Translations under genes and position numbers: made by a program
Shown: positions 9,749-18,807 of the stretch, in pieces
How the letters are laid out: every line of letters starts with the position of its first letter
Position numbering within the stretch: position 1 is the stretch's first letter
Assembly (NCBI GenBank): GCA_964487215.1
Contig: CAZAPU010000003.1
Span: 1-33,250, forward strand
Reading direction: 5' to 3'
DNA: 33,250 bases
Source of the DNA: an uncultured Mycoplasma sp.
GTDB lineage: Bacteria > Bacillota_I > Bacilli_A > RF39 > UBA660
The notes under the pieces: model-generated
Told to the model about the DNA's origin: nothing
Databases searched by the model: none
What the model saw: the letters and a program-made list of their open reading frames with translations, nothing else

Positions 9749-10755
9749 TTCAAGCCCTGAACTTTCTTATTCATATCACTGAGATATTTTTTTTGAGCTA
9801 ATTTATGAATTGGTATGTACATGAATCTAGGTAATAGTTTATATAGAAATCTTTGAATTTTAAAAATTTTTGTTCTGTTTACAATTTTTTTAGGTTCATC
9901 AATCCAAGGAGAAATATTTTGATATTTTGCATATATTTCATTTTGTGGATGAATACTATTTTCTTCCCAAGGCCTACCTGTCATTGCTCCCATACAATGA
10001 TAAATAATTGGATTATCATATTCTTTCTTTATTTCTTCATAAGTATTATAATACTCTGGTTTCAAATCATACATTTTTAATGATTCTTTAATACCATAAA
10101 TATAAAATCCACTATTAAAATTATATTTTAAATTTAGATACATAAATTTATTTCTAAATAATACATTTAATATATCTTGATCAACTGTATAATATCCACA
10201 TCTTTCATTCTTTAGATGATTTATTATTTGATCTTTACACTTATATTTCAACCAGTTTTTTTGATTTATTAAAAGAACTCCTCCATTATAGTACTTATCT
10301 GTTAAAGGAATATTTATAAATGATTTATATGAATTCATTGTACAATCATATGTGGCAGCTAAAATATTATCATTTAAATTCATGTTACATAACTCTTTTA
10401 ATGAACCATTAATTATAGTATCACCATCTAATTGTAGAATTAAATTACTAGGTAAATCTAATTCTGAAACAGCCATAAGTTTAAAATAAGTTGTATAAGT
10501 TCCTTTAAATGGCGATACTTTTAAATCAATTAATTGTTTAAGAATTTTTTTTGTATCAACAATAATAAGATTTCTGTTATATTTTTTTATTACTTCATCA
10601 AATTTATCTAAATTTGATTTACTAATGTTATCATTCAATAAATAAATATTTATTTGATCTAAATCTTTATTGTTTTCTAAAAGTGATGTTACTGATACTC
10701 CAGTAATAGTTGCATAATTATCATTACTTTGATATAAAACATTTAATATATTCAT
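9745..10755 (-). CDS. GT8 glycosyltransferase
   Basis: 336 aa. GT8 motifs SNDNYATITGVSVTSLL, LQLDGDTII, YNGGVLLINQKNW and DQDILNVLF. ATGA overlap with the downstream GT4. Confidence 0.85.
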   Translation of the reverse strand: MNILNVLYQSNDNYATITGVSVTSLLENNKDLDQINIYLLNDNISKSNLDKFDEVIKKYNRNLIIVDTKKILKQLIDLKVSPFKGTYTTYFKLMAVSELDLPSNLILQLDGDTIINGSLKELCNMNLNDNILAATYDCTMNSYKSFINIPLTDKYYNGGVLLINQKNWLKYKCKDQIINHLKNERCGYYTVDQDILNVLFRNKFMYLNLKYNFNSGFYIYGIKESLKMYDLKPEYYNTYEEIKKEYDNPIIYHCMGAMTGRPWEENSIHPQNEIYAKYQNISPWIDEPKKIVNRTKIFKIQRFLYKLLPRFMYIPIHKLAQKKYLSDMNKKVQGLK

Positions 10756-10778
10756 ACTTACACTCCTAATTTATTTTT

Positions 10779-10808
10779 ATTATAGCAAATATTAAATATC
10801 AAAGTAAA
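10779..10808 (-). promoter_or_regulatory. Candidate sigma-A promoter for the GT8-GT4 operon
   Basis: On the minus strand: TTTACT, 18-nt spacer, then extended -10 TGCTATAAT. Leader of about 25 nt to the AGGAG SD. Confidence 0.4.
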
Positions 10809-10813
10809 TAGTA

Positions 10814-10843
10814 TTGACTTATATTTAATTTTTAAGGTATAGT
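10814..10843 (+). promoter_or_regulatory. Candidate sigma-A promoter for the plus-strand SDR gene
   Basis: TTGACT (10814-10819), 18-nt spacer, TATAGT (10838-10843). GGGAGGA SD and ATG at 10862. The leader would be very short. Confidence 0.4.
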
Positions 10844-10861
10844 AATTTACGGGAGGATACT

Positions 10862-11716
10862 ATGAATATATTAGTAACAGGTGCCAATGGTTATATTGGA
10901 CATAATCTTGTAAAAAAATTACTTGATGAAGGTCATCAAGTAATTGCTTGTGGTATTAATAATGATAAAATTGATAAAAGAGCACTATATAAGAATATTA
11001 ATATTTTTGACACTACAGTTGATTTTTATAATGAATTTGATTGCCCAGATGCATTAATTCATCTTGCATGGAGGGATGGTTTTAAACATAATTCAGATAA
11101 ACATATTTCTGATTTGCCTTACCATTACTTATTTTTAAAAAAAATGATTGAATCAGGTACAACAAATATATCTGTATTAGGCACAATGCATGAAATTGGC
11201 TTTTTTGAAGGAAAAATTGATGATAATACACCTTGCAACCCTTTATCAAATTATGGTATTGCAAAAAACACTTTAAGACAATTATTATTTGCCCTAAAAA
11301 CCAAATATGATTTTGATTTAAAATGGCTAAGATGTTTTTACATTTATGGTGATGATAAAAATAATCATTCTATTTTTACCAAATTAATTGAAGCAGAAGA
11401 AGATGGTAAAACAGAATTTCCTTTTACGACTGGAAAAAATCAATATGATTTTACAAATATAAAAGATTTATCTGAAATGATTAGTTTATGTATTCTTCAA
11501 CAAGAAGTAAATGGTATAATTAATTGTTGTTCTGGAGTTCCAATTTCATTAAAAGATAAAGTAGAAAAATTTATTGAGGATAATAATTTTAAAATTAAAC
11601 TTGCATATGGTGTTTATCCTGATAGACCATATGATTCAAAAATTATTTATGGCGATAATACAAAAATTGAACAAATAATACAAAATAAAATTAATATAAG
11701 AAAAAAATCCATTTAA
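10862..11716 (+). CDS. NAD(P)-dependent sugar epimerase/reductase (extended SDR)
   Basis: 284 aa. Rossmann motif VTGANGYIGHNL and catalytic YGIAKNTL (YxxxK). Confidence 0.85.
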   Translation: MNILVTGANGYIGHNLVKKLLDEGHQVIACGINNDKIDKRALYKNINIFDTTVDFYNEFDCPDALIHLAWRDGFKHNSDKHISDLPYHYLFLKKMIESGTTNISVLGTMHEIGFFEGKIDDNTPCNPLSNYGIAKNTLRQLLFALKTKYDFDLKWLRCFYIYGDDKNNHSIFTKLIEAEEDGKTEFPFTTGKNQYDFTNIKDLSEMISLCILQQEVNGIINCCSGVPISLKDKVEKFIEDNNFKIKLAYGVYPDRPYDSKIIYGDNTKIEQIIQNKINIRKKSI

Positions 11717-11727
11717 ATGGATTTTTT
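11702..11727. terminator. Palindrome spanning both convergent stop codons (possible bidirectional terminator)
   Basis: Perfect 26-bp palindrome AAAAAATCCATTTAAATGGATTTTTT. Both convergent ORFs end ...KKSI-stop inside it. Confidence 0.4.
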
Positions 11728-12777
11728 ATTTTTTCTAAATAATAACATTCCCCATGATAGTTTACTATAAAAGTTAATAAAAAATATTATATATTTTTTA
11801 TTATATTTTTTATTAATACCTAGTTCATCCTTTATAAAACCATAATCTACATTATTATATCCCTTTACACCTAACTCTGCAATTACTGCAGCAATACTGG
11901 CCTTCTTTATACATTTTTTTTCTGAATACCCTAATGTTTTTGCAATTGCATAAGTTTCATAATATGCACATTTTATTGAGTCATTACACACTTCCTGCTT
12001 TAGGGAAATATTTTCACCAACACCTCTAAAACATAATATGCTTGGATAAAAAATAACATCATAATAATAATTCATTTTTGCAGCAAATGCAAAATCTGAT
12101 GAAGGAAAATATTCATCATTTAAACCACCAATTTCCAAAGCTTTTTGTTTATTAATAAATAAGCAACTTGCTACAGGAAAGATGTCTTTCATATTATCCT
12201 CTAAAGTTAAAAAAATCGGCTTTTTTCTTCTTAATTTTATAAATAAATTCACAAATTTATTTATAGGTTTTGTATTTAATTTAGAACTTTTTGAATCAAA
12301 TTCATCAATATAACATCCAATTAATCCTGCATTTTTTCCATAATTATTGGCAATATTCATCATTTCTTCAAGATATGTTTCTTTCATAGTATCATCATCA
12401 TGTAATGAACAATACCATGGACTTCTACATAATTCAACTACTCTATTCCAATTGCCATATTGTCCTATGTTTATTTCATTTCTATAATAAACAACATTAG
12501 TATATCTTTTACAATACTTTATCATAAGTTTTTCTGTTGCTTCGTCATATCCTGAATCGTCTACTACAATAATTTCATATGGTTTTTTATATGTTTGATT
12601 AAGAGCACTATCAAGAGCATTCTTTAAACCATGTGCTCTTTTATATGTAATTATCATAATTGATACTTCAGGTTTTCTATTTGAGTGTTTTCCTGCTATT
12701 TTAAGTGATTTTATTTTTTTATATCTTTTAAAATTATTTTCCTTATTATTCCATTTACTCCAATTGATTTTTTTCAT
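11713..12777 (-). CDS. GT2 glycosyltransferase
   Basis: 354 aa. VSIMIITYKR, VVDDSG and SLHDDDT GT-A motifs. Confidence 0.85.
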   Translation of the reverse strand: MKKINWSKWNNKENNFKRYKKIKSLKIAGKHSNRKPEVSIMIITYKRAHGLKNALDSALNQTYKKPYEIIVVDDSGYDEATEKLMIKYCKRYTNVVYYRNEINIGQYGNWNRVVELCRSPWYCSLHDDDTMKETYLEEMMNIANNYGKNAGLIGCYIDEFDSKSSKLNTKPINKFVNLFIKLRRKKPIFLTLEDNMKDIFPVASCLFINKQKALEIGGLNDEYFPSSDFAFAAKMNYYYDVIFYPSILCFRGVGENISLKQEVCNDSIKCAYYETYAIAKTLGYSEKKCIKKASIAAVIAELGVKGYNNVDYGFIKDELGINKKYNKKYIIFFINFYSKLSWGMLLFRKNKKSI

Positions 12778-12791
12778 TTAAATTCTCCTAA

Positions 12792-14003
12792 CTACATTTT
12801 TTTTCTTAAAAATACATAACTACAAAGAAATATTACAAACTCAATTAGCATCGTAATTATATATGAGTATATTGCTCCATTTAAATTATCTATCATAAAT
12901 ATTGATAATATTATTGCAATTATTGCAGATATTGAAAACAAAATAATTTGTATATTTATTTTTCTCATAATTGTCATTGCAGAATAAATAATAGTTACAC
13001 CACCTGTACAAATACCCGCAAATATTAATAAAGCAATCTCAAAATTAAAAGTATTTAAATTAGTTTGATATATAAATCCCAAAACTGGTGCACCTATAAA
13101 ATACATTATTATACTTAATAAAATTCCAAATCCAAAAAATAAAAGCAATATTTTTTTTATATTTAAAAAGAAAGTACTATTACTTTTTTTATGATATTGA
13201 TCTACTAAAGATTTAAATAACGGTTGAATTAAAAATTGAGCAAACAAAGTTAATAATGATGCTGGTAATACAATAATTCCAAAATAACCTTGATCTAAAT
13301 CAGTTAATCTTAAATCAACAAAATATCTAGTAATATTAGTAATTAATAAAGTTAAAAAAGCAAATATAAAAATTGGAAAACATTTTTTTAATAAAGAAAT
13401 TGTTTTATTATTAATTTCAATTTTAGTTAAACTATATTTTTCACATACTCTTTTATCATATAAAAAAGTAAATAATCCATAAACAAATATAAAACTTAAA
13501 CTTGAAATCAATATATTTTTTGTAGATAAAAATAAGATAATAAATAATATTGTAGAAGTCAATGCTTTAAAACTCATCGATTTTCCTACTTGCACCAAAT
13601 TATCATTTTTTTGCATTATACCATAATAACTATCGCTTATTGATTCAAAAGCACGATATAGTACAAAAAACAGTATTAATGTAATCTTATTAATTGAATA
13701 AGCATTACTAAAACAAAATATAAGTGTCACTATAATCATAATAATATCTGAAACATATTTTAACGATACATAATTACTATCTGAATACTCTTTAGTTGTA
13801 TCACTAACATGATAGACTCTTCCTCCATAATTGCCAATCATTGAAAATAAAGAAGCAATATAAAAGGCATATGAAAATTGTCCTAAAGTTGACACATCAC
13901 TAGACCAGCTAATAAACATAGTTAAAAAAATCGAATATATAGAATTTAAAGTTATACCAATTGCATTCCATACTATTGATTTATTTAGTAATTTATTTTT
14001 CAT
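12792..14003 (-). CDS. Wzx/MOP-type polysaccharide or lipid-linked sugar flippase (GacK-like position)
   Basis: 403 aa, about 12 TM helices, no soluble domains. Overlaps the DUF2304-like gene by 11 nt. Confidence 0.7.
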   Translation of the reverse strand: MKNKLLNKSIVWNAIGITLNSIYSIFLTMFISWSSDVSTLGQFSYAFYIASLFSMIGNYGGRVYHVSDTTKEYSDSNYVSLKYVSDIIMIIVTLIFCFSNAYSINKITLILFFVLYRAFESISDSYYGIMQKNDNLVQVGKSMSFKALTSTILFIILFLSTKNILISSLSFIFVYGLFTFLYDKRVCEKYSLTKIEINNKTISLLKKCFPIFIFAFLTLLITNITRYFVDLRLTDLDQGYFGIIVLPASLLTLFAQFLIQPLFKSLVDQYHKKSNSTFFLNIKKILLLFFGFGILLSIIMYFIGAPVLGFIYQTNLNTFNFEIALLIFAGICTGGVTIIYSAMTIMRKINIQIILFSISAIIAIILSIFMIDNLNGAIYSYIITMLIEFVIFLCSYVFLRKKM

Positions 14004-14334
14004 CTTTTTTTTCCTTTAGTAATGAAACCTCTTGAATTAATATTCTTATTTTTTCTGTTTGACTTGATACTATTATTGTAAGTGAAATACACACTATCAA
14101 AAGTATTCCAATAATTAATGCAAAAATTAAATTTGATGCAACTTGTATTCCGATGATTTTAGTTAACCAAATTAAAACATTTGGAAAAACTGAAAGTATT
14201 AATAAAACAAAAGTTGAAGCAAGCCATACAAGTGAATACTTAATTGTAATTTTTCCTTTTCTTACAAAAAGTAAAACAATTAATATTAATACTATAGAAA
14301 ATAAAATAGAAATTATTTTTAAATTGGTTGACAT
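13993..14334 (-). CDS. DUF2304/GacJ-like small membrane protein
   Basis: 113 aa. Basic stretch RKGKITIKYSLVW, then hydrophobic helices and a C-terminal amphipathic tail. Its start overlaps the stop of the preceding GT2 (TAATG). Confidence 0.7.
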   Translation of the reverse strand: MSTNLKIISILFSIVLILIVLLFVRKGKITIKYSLVWLASTFVLLILSVFPNVLIWLTKIIGIQVASNLIFALIIGILLIVCISLTIIVSSQTEKIRILIQEVSLLKEKKDEK

Positions 14335-15047
14335 TATTTATACCTCCTAATACTTACAATTAGTAATGATAAACAAACATTTATCATATAATAAACAGAT
14401 TTCCAAGCATGAATTGAAGATTTACCTTCTTTTCTTTCATGCATTTTTACAGGAATTTCTTCTATTTTTAATTTATTTTTTAATAAAACAACACTTGATT
14501 CAGGCTCCGGATATTCATGTGGATAATGTTTTTGAAACAACGATATTACTTTTTTATTAGCAGCTCTAAATCCACTAGTTGGATCTTTAATTTTTTTACC
14601 AGTAAACAATTTTATAAAAAACGATATTATTTTTATTCCTATTCTTCTAACACCTGTTGACTTAAATTCACTTGAGGTTTTATCAATAAATCTAGATCCT
14701 ATTACAAAATCTGCTTTTTTATCAATAATTGGTTTAATAATTGTTGAAACATAATTTACATCATGTTGTCCATCTCCATCAAATTGTATCGCAATATCAT
14801 AATTATTTAAATGAGCATATTTATAACCAGTTTGTACTGCTCCCCCTATTCCTAAATTTTGAATCAAATTAATATGTGGAATATTGTTTTTTTCTAATAC
14901 TTCTTTAGTTGTATCTTTTGATCCGTCATTAATTACAATAGCATCTAATTTTAGATCATAATTTTTATTATAATTTAAAATCATATTGTAAGTATTTAAA
15001 ATGCTTTTTTCCTCATTATATGCTGGTATAATTAATAAAATTTTCAC
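14334..15047 (-). CDS. GT2 polyprenyl-phosphate glycosyltransferase (GacI-like)
   Basis: About 237 aa. IIPAYNEE, INDGSKDTT and QFDGDGQHD motifs. I prefer GTG 15047, which lies 8 nt after AGGAG, because the ORF-track start at 15056 abuts the SD. Confidence 0.85.
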   Translation of the reverse strand: MKILLIIPAYNEEKSILNTYNMILNYNKNYDLKLDAIVINDGSKDTTKEVLEKNNIPHINLIQNLGIGGAVQTGYKYAHLNNYDIAIQFDGDGQHDVNYVSTIIKPIIDKKADFVIGSRFIDKTSSEFKSTGVRRIGIKIISFFIKLFTGKKIKDPTSGFRAANKKVISLFQKHYPHEYPEPESSVVLLKNKLKIEEIPVKMHERKEGKSSIHAWKSVYYMINVCLSLLIVSIRRYK

Positions 15048-15127
15048 TACTATCACTCCTAAGATTATTGTAACATATTTAGCAACAAATTAGTTAATTT
15101 ATTTATATATTAAATACATTATATTTT

Positions 15128-16663
15128 TTAAAGAAAATACTTAATAACATATAAAATTGCACATAAATTTATTATTATTAATCCTATAGTATAAAACACC
15201 TTATATTTAGGCATAATAATTTTTTGTTTATTATCAAGCAATGGAATAAATAATAATATTATGAAAGGTATAAAATATCTTGCTTGAATGCCAAATATTT
15301 CTATGCCTCCAACTGGAGTCCATAATAAATAAAATGATAATGATATTATAGTATAAATTATAAACGGTAAAATAAATAATAAAATCTTATCAATTCTTTT
15401 TAACCCTGTTTTTACTTTTTCAAAAAATATAGTATGTATCAATAATATATAATAAAGAATAATTAAATACATATTGGTATATATTTCCCACCATCCCATT
15501 CTTCTTCCTACAAAATCAGTCATAAAATAATAAAGATATGTCTTTATTGTAGAAAAAAATGTATGAATAAAAGATAAAGGATTATTTAATAAATATTTAA
15601 TTTGACCAATTGTATCAATATTATAACCATCAATAATTGATCCATTAATTGATATATAGCTCATATTATGTATCAATTCTAAAAGAATTAATATTAGTAT
15701 TGCAATTATACCAAAAATCAAAATTAATTTTTCTTTTTTTTCACTTTTTTTCCAATTAGGTATAAGAATTAAAAGTAATAATACCAATATAATATATAAA
15801 TATTTTGTTATTCCAACTAAGAATAATAATATAAGTAGGATTATAATATTTCTAATATTTAATTTTTCGTACGATTTTTTTAAAAATAAAACATATGAAA
15901 TAAATAATAAAGAAGCTGTATTTAAAATAACATCTGCTGAAATGGAAGCTGATTGATGTAAAAACATTGGATTCAATAAATATACCAAAAATAATAGTTT
16001 TCCAAACGGAATTTTTTTTATAATAAAATATCCAAATAATAAGTATAAAATAGAATTTAAAATTCTACCAATATAAATAGCAATTAAAAAATTAAAGTTA
16101 AATATTTCTGCAATTTTAATTCCTATTGCAGGCATTAAATACACAATAAAAGAATATTTAGCAACGGGTACCTCATTTGTTATTTGTTTATCATTCCAAT
16201 TGGTTTTATGATTAATCATATTAATAAAATTTTGATAAGAATTAACATCATCTTGTTGATATTTTATTAGATCTACTGGCAAATTTACAATTAAATTCCT
16301 CTCTTCATTTTTTTTAGAAATTAAATTACCATTTGATACATCATATGCCTTATTAATATGTGCTTGTTCATCTGCAACATGATAAGGTAAAACAAAAATA
16401 CAAAACAAAAGAATAAGTGGTATAGCAAGCAATAAAAATAAATTTTCGTTTTTCTCTTTTGAAATTTTATATAAATAAATAAAATAAATAACAAATATTA
16501 TTATTAAAACTATATTAATTATTAATCCAAATATATTTGTATTCTTTAATACTAGTATGTTTAGTATATTAGTAAAGGTAATTACTGTAATTACTAATGA
16601 AAATATAAATTCAATAACAAATAACCAAAAATTACTAATTTTCTTTTTACTATTTTTTATCAT
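15128..16663 (-). CDS. GT-C-like polytopic membrane protein (DUF2142/GacL-like)
   Basis: 511 aa and highly hydrophobic. HVADEQAHINKAYD motif (DE..H) after the early TM helices. Lies immediately upstream of the GacI/GacJ-like pair. Confidence 0.6.
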   Translation of the reverse strand: MIKNSKKKISNFWLFVIEFIFSLVITVITFTNILNILVLKNTNIFGLIINIVLIIIFVIYFIYLYKISKEKNENLFLLLAIPLILLFCIFVLPYHVADEQAHINKAYDVSNGNLISKKNEERNLIVNLPVDLIKYQQDDVNSYQNFINMINHKTNWNDKQITNEVPVAKYSFIVYLMPAIGIKIAEIFNFNFLIAIYIGRILNSILYLLFGYFIIKKIPFGKLLFLVYLLNPMFLHQSASISADVILNTASLLFISYVLFLKKSYEKLNIRNIIILLILLFLVGITKYLYIILVLLLLILIPNWKKSEKKEKLILIFGIIAILILILLELIHNMSYISINGSIIDGYNIDTIGQIKYLLNNPLSFIHTFFSTIKTYLYYFMTDFVGRRMGWWEIYTNMYLIILYYILLIHTIFFEKVKTGLKRIDKILLFILPFIIYTIISLSFYLLWTPVGGIEIFGIQARYFIPFIILLFIPLLDNKQKIIMPKYKVFYTIGLIIINLCAILYVIKYFL

Positions 16664-16728
16664 TTTTTACTCCTCAAATTAATTATAAATTATATCAAAT
16701 TTTTTCAATTGTTGTATTATTTAATATA

Positions 16729-18807
16729 TTAATTACAAATTATTTTATTAATATTAACACCATCTTCTTCATATATATTCTCAAATTTTATATTATCTTT
16801 ATTATATTTAGTTAAATTACTGGTTGATACAACATATTTGATATTAATTTTACATATATCATCAGTATTCATTTTTACTGTCATATGATCAGCACCATTT
16901 AAAACAAACGAAGTTGGTTCATCTACTATATTAATACTAACATGAGCATAACGATTATATACATTGCTATATTCATCATTTAAATCAAACATCTTCCATA
17001 ATTTTAAGTTTGGTACAAAATTTGTTGAATTTAAAGTTTTAGCTCCATTTGCTAGAATATAATTATTAAAATAAAGACTGCAATCCATCGTAGCCCAAAT
17101 AGCATTTGGTTCTTCTTTTGTTATTTTTTGAATTTCTTTAGATACTGGTTTATCATATATAACAGAAAAGCCTTTAGAAACAGGATTTACAACAATTCCT
17201 GCTCCAAATATTATTATTGATAAAAATATTGCAAAATAATAATTAGTCTTCTTGTTATTTAAGATTAATAAAGTCATAAAAGGCAAGAATATACAAGCTG
17301 ATAAACAAACTAAAATTTTATAATTATCGAGTGTATAAATTCTTTTTACAATTAGAATAGCAGAAATAAAAGTTATTAATGAAATACCAATTGCAATTAA
17401 TAAATCTTTTTTTATTATCTTTTCTTTTTTTTCATAATTAGACATTAAATAAATAAACAAAAATATACAAGCATAGCCAACAACAATTTGACTTCTTCCT
17501 GGAGAAGAAAAAGATAAAAGTGAAATTTTAACAAACCAACTTGGTAATGCAACATAACACCATAAAGAAAGAAATAAAATTAATATAATAAATAAGGTTA
17601 CATAAAGATCTAATTTTTTGTTTATTATTTTATTTTTAATCATATAAAATATTGCCATAAAAAATGGTATTGGATAAAAACCAAAATAATTACTATATTC
17701 AGAAGGATTAATTACATTTATAAAAGAATAAAATGGTGTAAAGATGTATATAAATAAAAATTCCCAATTATTACCACCAAGTGATAATCTTTGACCAGGA
17801 TAGACAGTATTATTAACAATATCTAATATTTTAGAAGAATTTAATAATGTTGGAATAATTATTGTAGCTATAACACCAAAGACAATTGGTATATATAAAA
17901 GAAATTTCCAATGTAAATCTTTTTTATTTTTAACTAATATCCAAATAAATAAAATTAAATAAACAAATCCAAATGGTATTTGCCAAGCTGGATACATTAA
18001 TAATATATAATTTGTACCAACTAATCCCATTGCTAGGGCCAAGCCAAGCTTTTGCCAAATTTTCTTTGACTTAATAAAATAGTATAATATTAATACAGCT
18101 AAATTGCCCCACATCATCATGTCAACAGAATACCACCACATATTTGTTGCAGAAAATGTAATTAATATTGAGCCTAATAAAGAATATAACTTATTCTTTT
18201 TGGTTATTATCATAAATAATTCAAAACTAGCAAAAAACAGAACAAATAGCTTCCCAAACCACATTAATGAAAAAGCATTTTCTAATGGCAAAAACATAAA
18301 AGGAACAAAGAATAATTTTCCTAAAAGTGCAATTGATAAACAAGGATATGAAGGATATAAAGACACAGCTGTGTCTTTTGCCATCATTAAATTATTAATT
18401 TCAGTAAATCCAACTTTAGCTTGTGATAGCAATGTAGGAGTACCAACCATCCATTCATCACTTCTAATTCCTCTGTCCATACCCAAAATTGGAAATCCAT
18501 TCTTAGGAATATTATTTGGCTGAATAAATCTATTAAATATGTCAATGGAAGAACCATGATATCCTCTAATTACAATAAATAATAATAATAATCCGCCAAT
18601 TATATATCTTTTTTTATATATAAATTCATACATTTTTTTTATATCAAAAATAAAATGTAAATCTATAAAAATTAAAACACATGAAACTATTATTAGTCTA
18701 TCAAATGAAAAATATTCTCCAATGTAACATTTCTCAATAAAAGCAAATGTAATTATTAACAAAGCCGTTATAATTAAAATTATTATATTTTTTTTATTTA
18801 ATTTCAT
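16729..18807 (-). CDS. Large polytopic membrane protein, GT-C-like, with soluble C-terminal domain
   Basis: 692 aa. GIRSDEWMVGTP acidic loop motif, more than 14 hydrophobic segments and a ~150-aa C-terminal soluble domain. Start overlaps the bi-GT2 gene by 14 nt, with a GGGAGGA SD. Confidence 0.5.
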   Translation of the reverse strand: MKLNKKNIIILIITALLIITFAFIEKCYIGEYFSFDRLIIVSCVLIFIDLHFIFDIKKMYEFIYKKRYIIGGLLLLFIVIRGYHGSSIDIFNRFIQPNNIPKNGFPILGMDRGIRSDEWMVGTPTLLSQAKVGFTEINNLMMAKDTAVSLYPSYPCLSIALLGKLFFVPFMFLPLENAFSLMWFGKLFVLFFASFELFMIITKKNKLYSLLGSILITFSATNMWWYSVDMMMWGNLAVLILYYFIKSKKIWQKLGLALAMGLVGTNYILLMYPAWQIPFGFVYLILFIWILVKNKKDLHWKFLLYIPIVFGVIATIIIPTLLNSSKILDIVNNTVYPGQRLSLGGNNWEFLFIYIFTPFYSFINVINPSEYSNYFGFYPIPFFMAIFYMIKNKIINKKLDLYVTLFIILILFLSLWCYVALPSWFVKISLLSFSSPGRSQIVVGYACIFLFIYLMSNYEKKEKIIKKDLLIAIGISLITFISAILIVKRIYTLDNYKILVCLSACIFLPFMTLLILNNKKTNYYFAIFLSIIIFGAGIVVNPVSKGFSVIYDKPVSKEIQKITKEEPNAIWATMDCSLYFNNYILANGAKTLNSTNFVPNLKLWKMFDLNDEYSNVYNRYAHVSINIVDEPTSFVLNGADHMTVKMNTDDICKINIKYVVSTSNLTKYNKDNIKFENIYEEDGVNINKIICN

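Noticed and set aside
9853-10080. 75-aa plus-strand ORF within the GT8 gene.
   Set aside because: It lies entirely antisense to a motif-supported GT8 CDS, and its composition is typical of AT-rich antisense frames.
11082-11264. 60-aa minus-strand ORF inside the SDR gene.
   Set aside because: It is antisense to a CDS with clear Rossmann and YxxxK motifs and has no recognisable features.
14153-14560. Two plus-strand ORFs (65 and 64 aa) opposite the DUF2304-like and GacI-like genes.
   Set aside because: They are antisense shadows within a tightly coupled operon.
18104-18523. 139-aa plus-strand ORF inside the 692-aa membrane-protein gene.
   Set aside because: It is antisense to a long hydrophobic CDS. 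It has no SD, and its composition is consistent with the complement of TM-coding sequence.
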